64,000 nt of DNA from an uncultured bacterium (GCA_963749495.1 CAVVMW010000023.1:576001-640000), one strand, 5' to 3'; shown: positions 26,666 through 36,930, counted from the first letter of the stretch. Numbers and translations: made by a program. Notes: generated from the letters alone by a model not told the origin.

Positions 26666-28417
26666 GTGGTTATCAGAAAACCATTTATACTCACGGAACC
26701 GCGCGCCTTCTTCCTCCAACCCGCGGTGCCCAAGCAGCGCCAATATGAGGCCCTGCGCGCCTATTTCGTCGAAGGCCGCCCCTCCCACGAGGTCGCCCGC
26801 GCCTTCGGCTACTCCCCGGCCTCCTTCCGCGTCCTGTGCTACAGCTTCTGCCACGACCCCCAGCCCGCCTTCTTCCTCACCACCCATCCCGGCCCCCGGA
26901 CCCAACCCAAAAAGACCGCCGCCCATTCCCTCATCATCGCCCTGCGCAAGCAGAACCACTCGGTCTATGAAATCAGCGAAACGCTCAAGGCCGAAAACCT
27001 CCTCTTGAGCCCCACCGCCGTAGGCGAGGTCCTCAGGGCCGAGGGCTTCGCCCGGCTGCCCCGCCGCTTGGATGAGGAGCGACCCCAGGGCCCCCGTCCC
27101 ACGGTCGAAGCCGTCGCCGACGTGCGCACCTTCTCCCTGGCCCCCCGGCGCTTCCTCACCCAGTGTGGCGGCCTGTTCCTGTTCCTGCCCGAGTTGGCCC
27201 GCCTGCCCGTCGAGACCCTGGCCGAGGCGGCCCGCTTGCCGGGTTCCCGCATGATTCCCCCGGCCCATGCCTTGCGCGCCTGCCTCAGTCTCAAGCTCTG
27301 GTCGGTGGAACGTAAAAGCCACGTCATGTCGCTGGTGGCCGATGAGGGCCTGGCCTTGTTCTCCGGCCTCAACGTCAGCCCCAAGAAAAGCTTCTTTAGC
27401 GAATACTCCTCGCGCATTACCCCAGCCCACACGCAAAGACTCTTGGCCGCTTGGCACGATCAAGCCCAAGGGCGCAAACTCTGGAGCGGGGCCTCCTTCA
27501 ACCTGGATTTCCATTCCGTGCCCTACTACGGGGAGGATCCCCAGGTCCAGTCGCATTACGTGTCCATGCGCAGTCGCCGCCAGCCCAGTATCTTGGCCTT
27601 TTTGGCCCAGGATGATGAGAGCGAGAGCTTCTGCTACTCCAATGCCGATTTGCGCAAGGGCGAGGAGGCCGAGGAAATCTTCGCCTTCATCGCCTTCTGG
27701 CAGAAGGCCCACGGAGGGCCGCCCGAACATCTGGTCTTCGATTCCAAGCTCACCACTTATGCCAACCTGGTGCGCCTGGATGAGGAGTTGCACATTCCTT
27801 TTATTACCCTGCGCCGCCGCTCCCCCAAGCTGCTCAAAGAGGTCTATTCGCTGCCCCGCTCGGCCTGGCGCCAGGTGGAGTTGGACGTGCCCACCCGCCG
27901 CTACCGCACACCGCGCGTTTTCGAGCAACCCGTCCAACTGGAAGGCCATGGGTTCCGGCAACTCTTCGTGTTGGACCTGGGGCACGAGCAACCCACGATC
28001 CTGCTGACCAACCAACACCAGGTCTCGGCCCCAGCCCTGATCACCCGCTACGCCCACCGCATGCTCATTGAGAACAGCCTCAGTGACGCCGTGCGCTTCT
28101 TCCACCTCGACGCCCTCAGTTCGGCCGTCGGGCTCAAGGTGGACTTCGACATGGCCCTGCTGGTGATTGCCAGCGGCCTCTACCGCCTGCTGGCGCGGCG
28201 GATGCGAGGCTACGCCGACGCGCAAGCCCGCCGTATCTTTGCCGACTTGGTGCGCATGCCGGCGCAGGTGGAGGTGAGTGAGCAGGAGGTACGAGTTGAG
28301 TTCCACCGACGGGCTCATTTGCCCATCGTCTTGGCTTCTGGACTCTGCAACCGATCCGTAGCGGTCCCCTGGTGGGAGGGCCGCCGCCTTCGTCTGACCA
28401 CCTACACCGGTCGGTGA
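26666..28417 (+). CDS. DDE transposase (583 aa)
   Basis: N-terminal HTHs; LDFH, VFDS and YAHRMLIEN DDE-type motifs; lies inside the TIRs. Confidence 0.88.
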   Translation: MVIRKPFILTEPRAFFLQPAVPKQRQYEALRAYFVEGRPSHEVARAFGYSPASFRVLCYSFCHDPQPAFFLTTHPGPRTQPKKTAAHSLIIALRKQNHSVYEISETLKAENLLLSPTAVGEVLRAEGFARLPRRLDEERPQGPRPTVEAVADVRTFSLAPRRFLTQCGGLFLFLPELARLPVETLAEAARLPGSRMIPPAHALRACLSLKLWSVERKSHVMSLVADEGLALFSGLNVSPKKSFFSEYSSRITPAHTQRLLAAWHDQAQGRKLWSGASFNLDFHSVPYYGEDPQVQSHYVSMRSRRQPSILAFLAQDDESESFCYSNADLRKGEEAEEIFAFIAFWQKAHGGPPEHLVFDSKLTTYANLVRLDEELHIPFITLRRRSPKLLKEVYSLPRSAWRQVELDVPTRRYRTPRVFEQPVQLEGHGFRQLFVLDLGHEQPTILLTNQHQVSAPALITRYAHRMLIENSLSDAVRFFHLDALSSAVGLKVDFDMALLVIASGLYRLLARRMRGYADAQARRIFADLVRMPAQVEVSEQEVRVEFHRRAHLPIVLASGLCNRSVAVPWWEGRRLRLTTYTGR

Positions 28418-28569
28418 ATCCGCCAGCGACTCCCCAGCCGGGAGGCTACCGCGAAACCGCCGGTCTGCGCCGGTCTCCGGCCCCGCGGCGGCCCGCGTTA
28501 GGTCAATTCTGTTCCGTGGAAATCCAGGCTAGACATTTTTTGCAATCCGGAAACCCATTGCAAACCCGT

Positions 28570-28905
28570 TGGGGTCATGTCTTTTCATTTGGACAATCGG
28601 TCCTGGATTGCGGCTATTTCTTCTCGCAGGCGGGGATCGGCTTCGAGGCGCCGGCCAAAGCGGGCGAGGGCTTTGCTCACTGCGGCGTAGTCCAAAGCGC
28701 CAGCTAACTTGCCCAGCTCGGCTAAATGGAAACGGGCGGTTCGCCGCGCCAGCCACAGCGCCGCGTCGCGGCCCCAGTCGCCATGCCGCCCGGCGAAGCT
28801 GCTCCAGCGTTCGGCCTTGGCTCGCTCCCAGGCGGAGAGGATGCTCGGCCAGGCCGACGCCTCGGGCGCGCTCCGGAGCGATGCTTGCTCACGCGGGTTA
28901 TTGAG
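28570..28905 (-). pseudogene. 3' remnant of a TIR-flanked Y1 transposase element
   Basis: GGGGTCATGTCTTTTCATTTGGACAA end; NPREQ...GRHGDWGRDAALWL...DYAAV matches the C-terminus of 39201..40259. Confidence 0.85.
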
Positions 28906-28945
28906 GCGCTGGAGCGCGCCAAGGGAGAGAGTTGGGCGGAATTCT

Positions 28946-29018
28946 TTAGAACGGATTATGAATCTGGATCGGAAAGTACTGGAAATGCCGGACGTTTCGG
29001 GTAACCAAAGTACTTCAT
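28946..29018 (-). pseudogene. vapC-like toxin with almost the entire gene deleted
   Basis: ATG AAG TAC overlapping the antitoxin stop, joined out of frame to the PIN-type tail LVTRNVRHFQYFPIQIHNPF*. Confidence 0.75.
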
Positions 29019-29242
29019 TCACTGCGGAGTTGCGCGACCATATCGGCCAGATCGTCCAGTTCCGGCGCCGTATCGAAAAACCGTTTCACCCCGCCGGGCA
29101 CCAGCTTATCGAGTTCCTTTCGGCTGATGACCACAACTGGCTCCTTGGTTGCCACAGAGACTTCCTGAGGCCCTTCCCGGAGGGCTTGTTCGACCACCTG
29201 GCTGAATTTGTTTTTGGCTTCGCTCAAGGTCCAGCTCTTCAT
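29015..29242 (-). CDS. Phd/YefM-family antitoxin
   Basis: [26 protein letters not shown]. Confidence 0.88.
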   Translation of the reverse strand: MKSWTLSEAKNKFSQVVEQALREGPQEVSVATKEPVVVISRKELDKLVPGGVKRFFDTAPELDDLADMVAQLRSE

Positions 29243-29274
29243 GCGGAAACTCTAGACCTGAATGGCTAGACTGT

Positions 29275-29392
29275 CTAGATTCCTTGAGTTTCGAAACGTG
29301 ATGCAGACAAGTCAAGTTTGTGGCACGGGCATCCTGCCCGTGGGGGCTTGGGCAAGATGCCCAAGCCACGGTCTGAGGCTCCGCCTCTCTAG
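29275..29392 (+). mobile_element. 118-bp MITE/REP-like element (copy 2)
   Basis: CTAG...CTAG bounded; inverted copy of 16181-16298. Confidence 0.8.
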
Positions 29393-29499
29393 CCTCAAAT
29401 CTGACCCCACTAACCCCTTCCCCGGGGTCAAGAAAGCGGTCACGATGGATCGGGACCGCAGTCCAAACCCCTGCGGCCTGGCCGGTCGTTCCTCGGCAG

Positions 29500-29867
29500 G
29501 GCCACTGGCGCATGACGCGGGCCATGGCCAGGGCGGTTTGGGCGGCTTCGGCGCCGCGGTTGTGGGTCTTGCCCAGGCACCGGGCGCGGGCCTGCTCCTC
29601 GTTTTCCAGGAGCAGGACCTCGTGGATGACGGGGACGAAGTATCGAAGTTGGATGGCCATGAGGGCACCGCTGACGGCCTCGCCGATGTGGGCGGCATGG
29701 ACGGTTTGGCCGCGCAGGATGACGCCCAGGCAGATGATGGCGGCCGGGGGCCCGTGGCGTGTCTGGCTGGGGACATCGGGGCGGGCGGCGCTGGCCAGGC
29801 AGGCGGCGACGATCGGGATCTCAAAGGCGCCGGGCACGCGGAAGACCTGGGTGCGCCGGGTGCCAGC
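29500..29867 (-). pseudogene. ribH: Lumazine synthase fragment lacking the N-terminus
   Basis: [38 protein letters not shown] and [13 protein letters not shown]. Confidence 0.85.
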
Positions 29868-29971
29868 GCGACCCTGACGGGCAGTCCGGCAGCGATTGCG
29901 GGCGGGACGGCCAGTTGCGTGGCCGCGGCCAATATGACGGTCGGCTCCTACCAGGTGACGGCCCTCGGGGC

Positions 29972-32156
29972 CACGGCTTCGGCGTTTAGAACGGCCCTTG
30001 TCGGGTGGAATCGGGGCGTGAGCGCAGGCGAGGATCTCGTCGCCACAACGGCTCGCGCACTGTGAATTGCCAGGCTGTTATAGGAAGGATTTGCTCAGAT
30101 CCGGGCAGCAATGTGGGAAGCCATAGAAACGTCCGGCATGCAGAGAGACCAGACCGATCAGAGCCGAACCGATGCTCAGACTCAGGGGAGCACCCCATCA
30201 GGTGTTATTGAGCAGAGGACGACCGACCAGGTCGATGGCCAAGCGGCGATTGTTCCTGGCGGCACAGCGAAAGCGTGGCAGATAGGAGGTGGCTTTGTGC
30301 TGGCGGGCAGCATCCAGGGCACAGAGGCCGATGACCAGGTTGCGCAAGGCACCCAGGTTTTGCGGGCCGTGGCCGGTGCGGACGGTGCAAGCATCTTCGC
30401 CGAAAGTGACATCGCGCACGTAGTGGACCGACTCGATGCTCCAATGGCCACGGCGAAAGGCCTGCAATTGCGCCGCATCCATCTGCGCATTGGGGCGGCT
30501 GCTCAAGACCAGTTCGGCCTCCTCGGTAACGCGAACGGCTTTGAGATGGTGAGTAGTGCGCACGATGACGGCGGCTTGGAGGGCGTGTGGGAAGCCGCAC
30601 TGTTGGGGTGTGACTTCAAAGGGCCAGACCTCGCGGGTTTCATGCCGTCCATGGCCTTGGTCAATCGTGATGTGCTCAGGGGAAAAAAACGCCTTTCGGC
30701 GCGTGAGACAGGCGGGCCAGTTTGTCGAAGAGCTTGGGTTGATTGGCTTTGACGACCAGGAGGTAGTCAGCCTTTTTTTCCTCGACCACATGGTCGGCGG
30801 TGGCGGTCTGAGTATTGAGCGCGTCGGCGCTGACCAAGGTGCCGCGCAGGTCCAAGTCCCGGAGCAGGTCCTTGAGGGTGGGTATTTCATTGGTCTTGGC
30901 CGGGATTTGGATTTGGCGGCAAAAGAGTTGGGTTTGGGTGTCCAGGGCGCCGAAGAGTTGGATGCCTTGTCCGTTGATTTTGGTGGCGGTGCGGGCACAT
31001 TTGCCATCAACGGCCAGTGCGGCGATGCCCGCGTTCTTGAGGTGGGAGCGCAGCCAATCGTTGATCAGCCTGTCCAATTCTGTCGGGTCCAGGCGCTGGA
31101 GGATTCGGCGGATGGTCGTTTCGCTGGGAGGGATGAACTTGCGGGTCTTGCGGCAACGGCAGGCGCGCAGGCTGCGGAGTTGGTTTTGGTTGAGGGACTG
31201 GGAGAACTCGCCAATATCGATCAGGGAGTTGTTGCCCGCAATCATCGCGGCGGCAGCAATGGCCACAATGGAGGCAACGCGGCGATGGCGCCAACCCCGG
31301 TAGCGGCGGGGGTCGTGGAGTGGGGCCAGGGCGTGGAGCAAGCTTTGGGTTTGTTTTCCGCTCAAAGGATATTCCTGAGGCGGGGGCTCTCGGCGATAGG
31401 GCGCCCAAGCTGCCGGCATGAGCGGAGCCGAGAGGATCTGGCGGGCGTTGCGGACCAGCGGATACACGAAGATGGCTTTGGGCTGCTGGTGGAGTTGATA
31501 GAAATCCAGGCGGGAGCGTCCCCAGCCTTTGGTCACGCCGATTTCAAACCAATTGGCGGCACGATAACAGGTGCCTTCGAACCGTTTGGGGTCCACATAG
31601 GTTTCGACCAAGGCGATGGGGTGGCCGTAGTGTTCCAGCCAGTCGGCACTGAGGCGCTGGAGGTTGAGGCTCAGGCAGTGGGAAGCCAGGTTGGGCGAGC
31701 GGCCTTTGGGCCTGAGCAGCGCGAAGCGAGCGTTGCAGGCCAGCAGGTGGCGTCCGGCCTGTCGCTGAGCGTCGGTCCAGCCGATCCAGGCATCGCGGGG
31801 CCGCAGATGGAAGGCGGCGCTGGACCAACCCAACAGGCCGATCCATCGCCCCTTTTTCTTGATCACATAGCGAAGCGACTCGCCGACCATGCGATGCTCT
31901 TTGAGGTAATGGTGTTTTCGGATCAGTTTGTTCCACCGAGCTTCCTCCTCAAGGCTCTTGACCAACTCGACGGTGATCGTCTTATCGGTGGTCTCTCGGA
32001 GGATTTGGGTGACGAGGTCCTCAGGTTTGGAGGTCCGTTTTATCTGTGCAGGACAAATCATGCCGCCGAGTTTGGCAGCCTCGGGGGGCTTTGTCCAGTC
32101 CCACGTTATATCCAATTGATCAGCAACAACTTACGCAATGATCCGCCGAAGCCGTG
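29972..32156 (-). mobile_element. ISAs1-family element with DUF4338-fused transposase
   Basis: 13-bp TIRs CACGGCTTCGGCG (29972) / CGCCGAAGCCGTG (32156); no target duplication visible. Confidence 0.85.
30198..32115 (-). CDS. DUF4338 (DruA-like) + ISAs1 DDE transposase, split by a +1 frameshift at TTTTTTTCCCC-TGA (30676-30689); start uncertain
   Basis: HHYL..RDAWIGW..NLAS..ETYVD..GTCYRAANW; then DPR, VDGK, TNEIP, DALNTQ, VKANQP; after the shift HGRHETR, HWSIE, DVTFGED. Confidence 0.85.
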
Positions 32157-32157
32157 C

Positions 32158-32913
32158 CTGGACGACCAGGAAGGCCGACCGATTGATACTGTTTGGACGG
32201 ACATACCTCCTATCAATTCTCAAGCTAAGGAACGCCTGGGCTACCCAACTCAAAAGCCACTCGCCCTTCTTGACAGAATCGTAAGGACAAGCAGCAATGA
32301 AAACGATATTGTATTAGACGCCTTCTGTGGGTGCGGCACGGCCCTGGTTGCTGCTCAGAAACTCAAACGCCAGTGGATAGGCATTGATATATCACCCACG
32401 GCCTGCAGGGTCATGGCAAAGAGGTTGCGGAAGGATTGTGGGCTGCACGAGGACGAGGCTCTATGGAATATTGGCGGTGGCTTTATCGTGCGTGACCTGC
32501 CGTGGAGCGAAGAAAAGCTGCGTATCATTCCTCCATTTGAATTCGAGAACTGGGCGGTCATTGCTCTGGGTGGCGTCGTGAACAAGAGGCACGTCGGCGA
32601 TATGGGCATTGATGGCCGTATATTTCCAGTAGGAAGGGAGCCAACAGCATTCAAGGATGATGAGCTTGCCTTGCAGGAACGGTGGTATCCAATACAGGTG
32701 AAGCAGAAAGATAAAGTTGGCAGGCCGGATATTGACGCCTTCGAGACAGCAATGCGCAGGGGCAAGCGCGAGAAGGGCTTTTTCGTTTCTTTCGGCTATA
32801 CCGAAGACGCTTTACAGGAGATAGACCGCTTCTTCAAACAGGACCACGCTATAATTATCCCCCTGACCGTGAAGGAGATTCTGGATGAACATATAGCGAG
32901 GAAGCTGGCCTAA
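32158..32913 (+). pseudogene. 5'-truncated N4/N6 DNA methyltransferase fused to an Mrr-like endonuclease domain
   Basis: VWTDI, ERLGYPTQKP, VLDAFCGCGT, then FEFEN..DMGIDG..IQVKQ; starts right at the ISAs1 end, no DPPY/F motif present. Confidence 0.85.
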
Positions 32914-32925
32914 CCACCAATATGC

Positions 32926-33744
32926 ATGCAACGAGACCATAGCTATCATATCTGGCCAAGAGATTTAGATTACGCCTTGGCCTTTCGTGCTATAGAGGAG
33001 TTCGCATTGAAGCGTGGCCTCAACTGGGGTAATAACGCCTCTCAACAATATTCTATCAGATTCGACGCCTATGAAAGCGCCCATCCAGGCTCGTTTGACG
33101 AGTTTTTAGGTGCGCTACAACAGGCACGCAGCTTTGAATCGTTGCGCTGTCAGTTGCCATTCGTTGGTTCCAGGAAGTCACCGACTATGACGGTTGCCGT
33201 TGAATATCATCCAAGCCATATTTATGTAGCAATTAACGGCTCACATGATGATATGGTTGTCGCAGCTCATCAGTATATCCGAAAGGAATGGAGATTAGGC
33301 AACCCACCGATACATCGTCCCCAAGAAGGGAGGCCGAGAAATCTCCAAGCTACAATCTCCCTCGGAAAGCATTTTGACTCTGAATCGCAAGCAGCTGCCA
33401 GCACCTTGCGCCGGTTTCTGGAATTACTCCGATTCGACGTGGAAGAGGCCGACGAATATCGAGCATTACCCATACCGGAGAAGGTCCAAAGCCTAATTGA
33501 ACAACAGGACATTTACGTTGGGATTGTGACTGGCCAGCGTGAGCATTCATGGTTGACCGCCGGAGCTGCATTTGCCCAGGGAAGAAAGCGCCATGTTATA
33601 ATGGTGGTGGAAGAGGGAGCAGGCTTCGATCCGACCATTCAAGGCCGTGACTGCGAGCACATTCTGTTTCCAGCAGGTTCAGTCGAAAAAGCATTCATCA
33701 AATTATTACGGGAATTCAAGTCGCTTGGCATTTCTGGACTGTAG
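32926..33744 (+). CDS. Two-domain protein with C-terminal TIR-like / nucleoside deoxyribosyltransferase-like fold
   Basis: FLELLRFDV..IPEKVQSLIEQQDIYVGIVT..SWL...AFAQG..VIMVVEEG flavodoxin-like pattern. Confidence 0.65.
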   Translation: MQRDHSYHIWPRDLDYALAFRAIEEFALKRGLNWGNNASQQYSIRFDAYESAHPGSFDEFLGALQQARSFESLRCQLPFVGSRKSPTMTVAVEYHPSHIYVAINGSHDDMVVAAHQYIRKEWRLGNPPIHRPQEGRPRNLQATISLGKHFDSESQAAASTLRRFLELLRFDVEEADEYRALPIPEKVQSLIEQQDIYVGIVTGQREHSWLTAGAAFAQGRKRHVIMVVEEGAGFDPTIQGRDCEHILFPAGSVEKAFIKLLREFKSLGISGL

Positions 33745-34050
33745 CGTGGGGCCTTTGGTGGGCGTCGCCGCTATCTATACAAATCGCTCGATAAAGGCCC
33801 TAAGAGACGTGTTCTTTGGCTATGGGCAGCGGTGGACATCATTGGCACGTTGTTGATAGAGGCTTGTGCGACTTATGGAGGGCCCCTATGTGCTATTGTC
33901 GTCAGGGGCCTTATTTAGCACTACGATCAACCTGCTTAAGCGCCTTAAGTAATGCACGGCAGAATTGATAAGCAACGCGAGGTGGTTTACCGGCTCTGTC
34001 AGTGGACGCTATTCTGAGCTCAGGGGGCAGTTCTATATGAAATGCTAACC

Positions 34051-35729
34051 GACTGGTCAGCAGAATGTATGGGTAAGTCGAGGCTCAGGTAAGCGGCCAA
34101 GGCAATGATACAGGGCCAATTCCATGGCTGGATAGGTGCGGAAGCCGTAAGATCGTCTGGTTACCACTCGAATCTTGTTGTTCAGGCCCTCGACGGCGGC
34201 GCTGGAGAGCTCACCTTTGGCCTCGAACCAATTCAAGATCAACGGCTCATGGGCGCGCAGCATCCGGGCCACCTTCTTCATTGGTTCGAGCCGGCTGCGC
34301 ATGGCTCGAGCGCACCAATAACCCAGATAGGCCACCACATAGATCGGAGAACGGTAGTGCCAAAGGTAGTCGAAGCTCTCCTTGAGGTTCCAGGCCCGTG
34401 CCGTCGCCAGCTTGCTGGCCAACAGGGCGTTGAGCTTGGAGCGGGCACGGCCCCGCACCCGGCTGCCCCGGCGCAACAACTGCCAGCGCATGCCCTTGAG
34501 CCGCTGAGCCAGGGGCCGGCCGTGCAAGCGCGACTGCTCGCCCCGGCGCACCTCGTCCACCGCCTCGTTGAGGTGCCCCACGATATGAAAGCGGTCCAGC
34601 ACGTTGAGCGCCTGCGGTATCTTGGCCGCGATCACCTTCAGGTAGGGCTTCCACATGTCGCTGCACACATACTTCAGAGCGCTGACCACCGGGGCTCCCA
34701 ATTCTGCCAAGCCCCGCCGCAACGTGGCTTGAGTGCGCCGCCGACCCAGCCACAGCAAGCGCCGACAGTGGGGGTCAATCTGGTAAATCACCGTCAGGAA
34801 GTTGTCGGCCTTCTGGCCCTTGCCCCAATGGATCTCGTCCACTCCGATGGCCTCCACACCCTCCAGGCGCCGGTGCTCCAAACCCCATTGGACGAACCAC
34901 TGCACCGAACGGTAAACGGCCTCCCAACTGGTGTGGAAGGCCTGGGCGGTTTCCTTCCAGGACAGCCGCCGGGCCCACCGGGCCAAGAGGCCCATCATCG
35001 CCGTCGTCACCGGCCGCTTGCCCTGGCTCCAGGGGATATGCTCGACAACCACCCCGTCCTGCGGACAATTGACCCGCCGCGGGGGGTAGAGGAAATAGGT
35101 CTTGACGCCCCACATCGGCGGAAACAGCCAGGACCGCTGGGGCAACTGATCATAGCCGGGGACTGGCTGCAGGCACCGGGAGCACTTGGCGGGAATGCCG
35201 CCATGGGGTTGGAGGGTGATCTCGAGCCGCCGGCCACGGCCTCGGCGGTCCCGGCACAAGCGGATGTCCTGGTAAACGAAGCCCACAAAGTGTTGAATGT
35301 CGTTGAGAACCGTCTTAACCTTCAATTGCATAGCTGGTCTGCCGCTCGGTGGCGGGCGTGCTTTTCACATCTCGCAGGCTACCGCAAGCCAGGCAGATCA
35401 GCTATCGCTTTGTGGCGCTGGGCAGCCCTCCGAGCCAAGCACACCTTCACCAGCAATTCCTTAGCGGCGCATCATGGCGGAGGGCGGGGCTGTCAAGGTG
35501 GAGCGCAGCAGGGCACGAGGGCACGTGGCGAGCAATACCTTGACAGCCCCGCCCGGAGCCATACCCTGGCCGCGCCGGAATTGCTTGAAGTCCTTCTCCG
35601 GCCGTTAGGCCGCTCGATTCGTCGCGGAGCGTGCCGCGGGATGTTCCACGACCGCCCAACTCACCAACGTCAACCCTCCGAACTGAACACGTGTCCAGAT
35701 GTTTCACCCACAAATTGTGCGGGGGACCC
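34051..35729 (-). mobile_element. ISL3-family insertion sequence
   Basis: Imperfect 26-bp TIRs; 8-bp target duplication TGCTAACC (34043-50, 35730-37). Confidence 0.92.
34057..35331 (-). CDS. ISL3-family transposase
   Basis: CxxC zinc finger, GVDE, SDMWKPY, DRFH and VEGLNNKIR..RRSYGFR. Confidence 0.95.
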   Translation of the reverse strand: MQLKVKTVLNDIQHFVGFVYQDIRLCRDRRGRGRRLEITLQPHGGIPAKCSRCLQPVPGYDQLPQRSWLFPPMWGVKTYFLYPPRRVNCPQDGVVVEHIPWSQGKRPVTTAMMGLLARWARRLSWKETAQAFHTSWEAVYRSVQWFVQWGLEHRRLEGVEAIGVDEIHWGKGQKADNFLTVIYQIDPHCRRLLWLGRRRTQATLRRGLAELGAPVVSALKYVCSDMWKPYLKVIAAKIPQALNVLDRFHIVGHLNEAVDEVRRGEQSRLHGRPLAQRLKGMRWQLLRRGSRVRGRARSKLNALLASKLATARAWNLKESFDYLWHYRSPIYVVAYLGYWCARAMRSRLEPMKKVARMLRAHEPLILNWFEAKGELSSAAVEGLNNKIRVVTRRSYGFRTYPAMELALYHCLGRLPEPRLTHTFC

Positions 35730-36313
35730 TGCTAACCATGGGCCCTTGGAAATCGTGACGGAATCGCTCGCCTTGAAATATATCTTGTCGTATTCGCCGC
35801 AAATAGATAGGTGTTTGAGACCATCGGCAGTTGATAGCTTGGACTTCAACGCCTCCGCAAGTGCTCTGGAGAAGGCATCCTTCTTGGAGCTGCCAGACGA
35901 GATTTCAATATCGCTCTTTGCGCTAATGGCACCGTGTCCATGAATTTCGATTACGACAGTTGGGTTCCAACGTGCAATCTGCGTCGTGTAATCGCTATTC
36001 AGTGACTTATTCACGTCCATGGTGTAGTTGCATCCGATGATACTGCAACAGCCCATCCTCTCTGCAAGATAGCGGCCCAGGAAACCGGCGTTCTCATCCG
36101 AGTCTCTGTGTTCTCGACATGGGAGGATCGTCTTGCCAGCAGGAGCATGATGGGGAACGCCAATTACAATATCCTTGCGGGGGCGCTCTTCGATGATAAG
36201 AAGAGACGGCTCGGTGGCTTTTAGAATCAATTTCACATTCATACCAAAACCCTTCGTACGTGCGTCGTGGATGTATTGGGAAAAGGCGGCCGATGAAGCA
36301 ATGGCCGAGACCC

Positions 36314-36919
36314 TCAATCGGGGAGCTTATTGGCTAATCGCTCAATTTCGGAGGCTATGGTTCTTACCTGTTGGTAGTTGTCGTCGAAATGATACATCAC
36401 GTTATCAAACTCGTCCGACTGTTGACCATTTTGGTCTAAGTCGTCTCTCATAATCGAGGCTCTGAGCCCAAACCGTTGCAGATACTTTTGAATATTCGGA
36501 TACCGAATATCTGGCGGGTCTGTATCTTTCCAGTTCTTGATAAAGTCGCGTATTTGCTGTGCCAAGATGAGTGCGGTCTTTTTCAGCGGCATCATATCCC
36601 TCGACCGATAAATTCGTAATTGCTCAACTTGCTTAGTGAGTTTATCATTAGCTCGGATAAGGGTAGCCTTTTCCTCTTTGATAAGGTCTATGGTTGCATC
36701 CTTTTGTTTTATCTCTCCATCCCTCCCTGGAAGGACGAAGTGTTGATACAGGCCGTGGCATGCCAGGAATCCAAGCACAACGAGGACACAAACGAATTCC
36801 CAGGCCGATTTGACGATGGAGCATTGCTTCTCGAAACAGCTCAGGAATGAATGAAGCCAGTGTTTCGGGACCTCCTCTTTGGGTTGCTCTGCCGAGGTTT
36901 TATGTTCGTGGGAATCCAT
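36314..36919 (-). CDS. Hypothetical protein with one TM segment and a coiled coil
   Basis: 201 aa, lower GC than flanks, hydrophobic FVCVLVVLGFLAC then heptad-rich region. Confidence 0.7.
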   Translation of the reverse strand: MDSHEHKTSAEQPKEEVPKHWLHSFLSCFEKQCSIVKSAWEFVCVLVVLGFLACHGLYQHFVLPGRDGEIKQKDATIDLIKEEKATLIRANDKLTKQVEQLRIYRSRDMMPLKKTALILAQQIRDFIKNWKDTDPPDIRYPNIQKYLQRFGLRASIMRDDLDQNGQQSDEFDNVMYHFDDNYQQVRTIASEIERLANKLPD

Positions 36920-36930
36920 ATTGCAGACGA

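Larger units (their letters stand above)
26305..28528 (+). mobile_element. Insertion sequence, probably IS1380 family
   Basis: TIRs CCTGGATTTCCACGGAAC / GTTCCGTGGAAATCCAGG, with CTAG on both sides (26301-04, 28529-32). Confidence 0.85.
33911..36242 (-). pseudogene. Zn-carboxypeptidase-fold amidohydrolase-like gene interrupted by ISL3
   Basis: VIGVPHH, DEN, DVNK, IEIHGH; after removing the IS the frame continues KGPWLA-FHIELPPELR...SAK* to 33911. Confidence 0.75.

Noticed and set aside
30676..32115. Druantia defence system
   Set aside because: Only a DUF4338 domain fused in an IS; no DruE-like helicase operon next to it
30556..32913. 785-aa intact methyltransferase
   Set aside because: The first about 530 aa are the antisense of the ISAs1 transposase; only 32158-32913 is MTase-Mrr sequence
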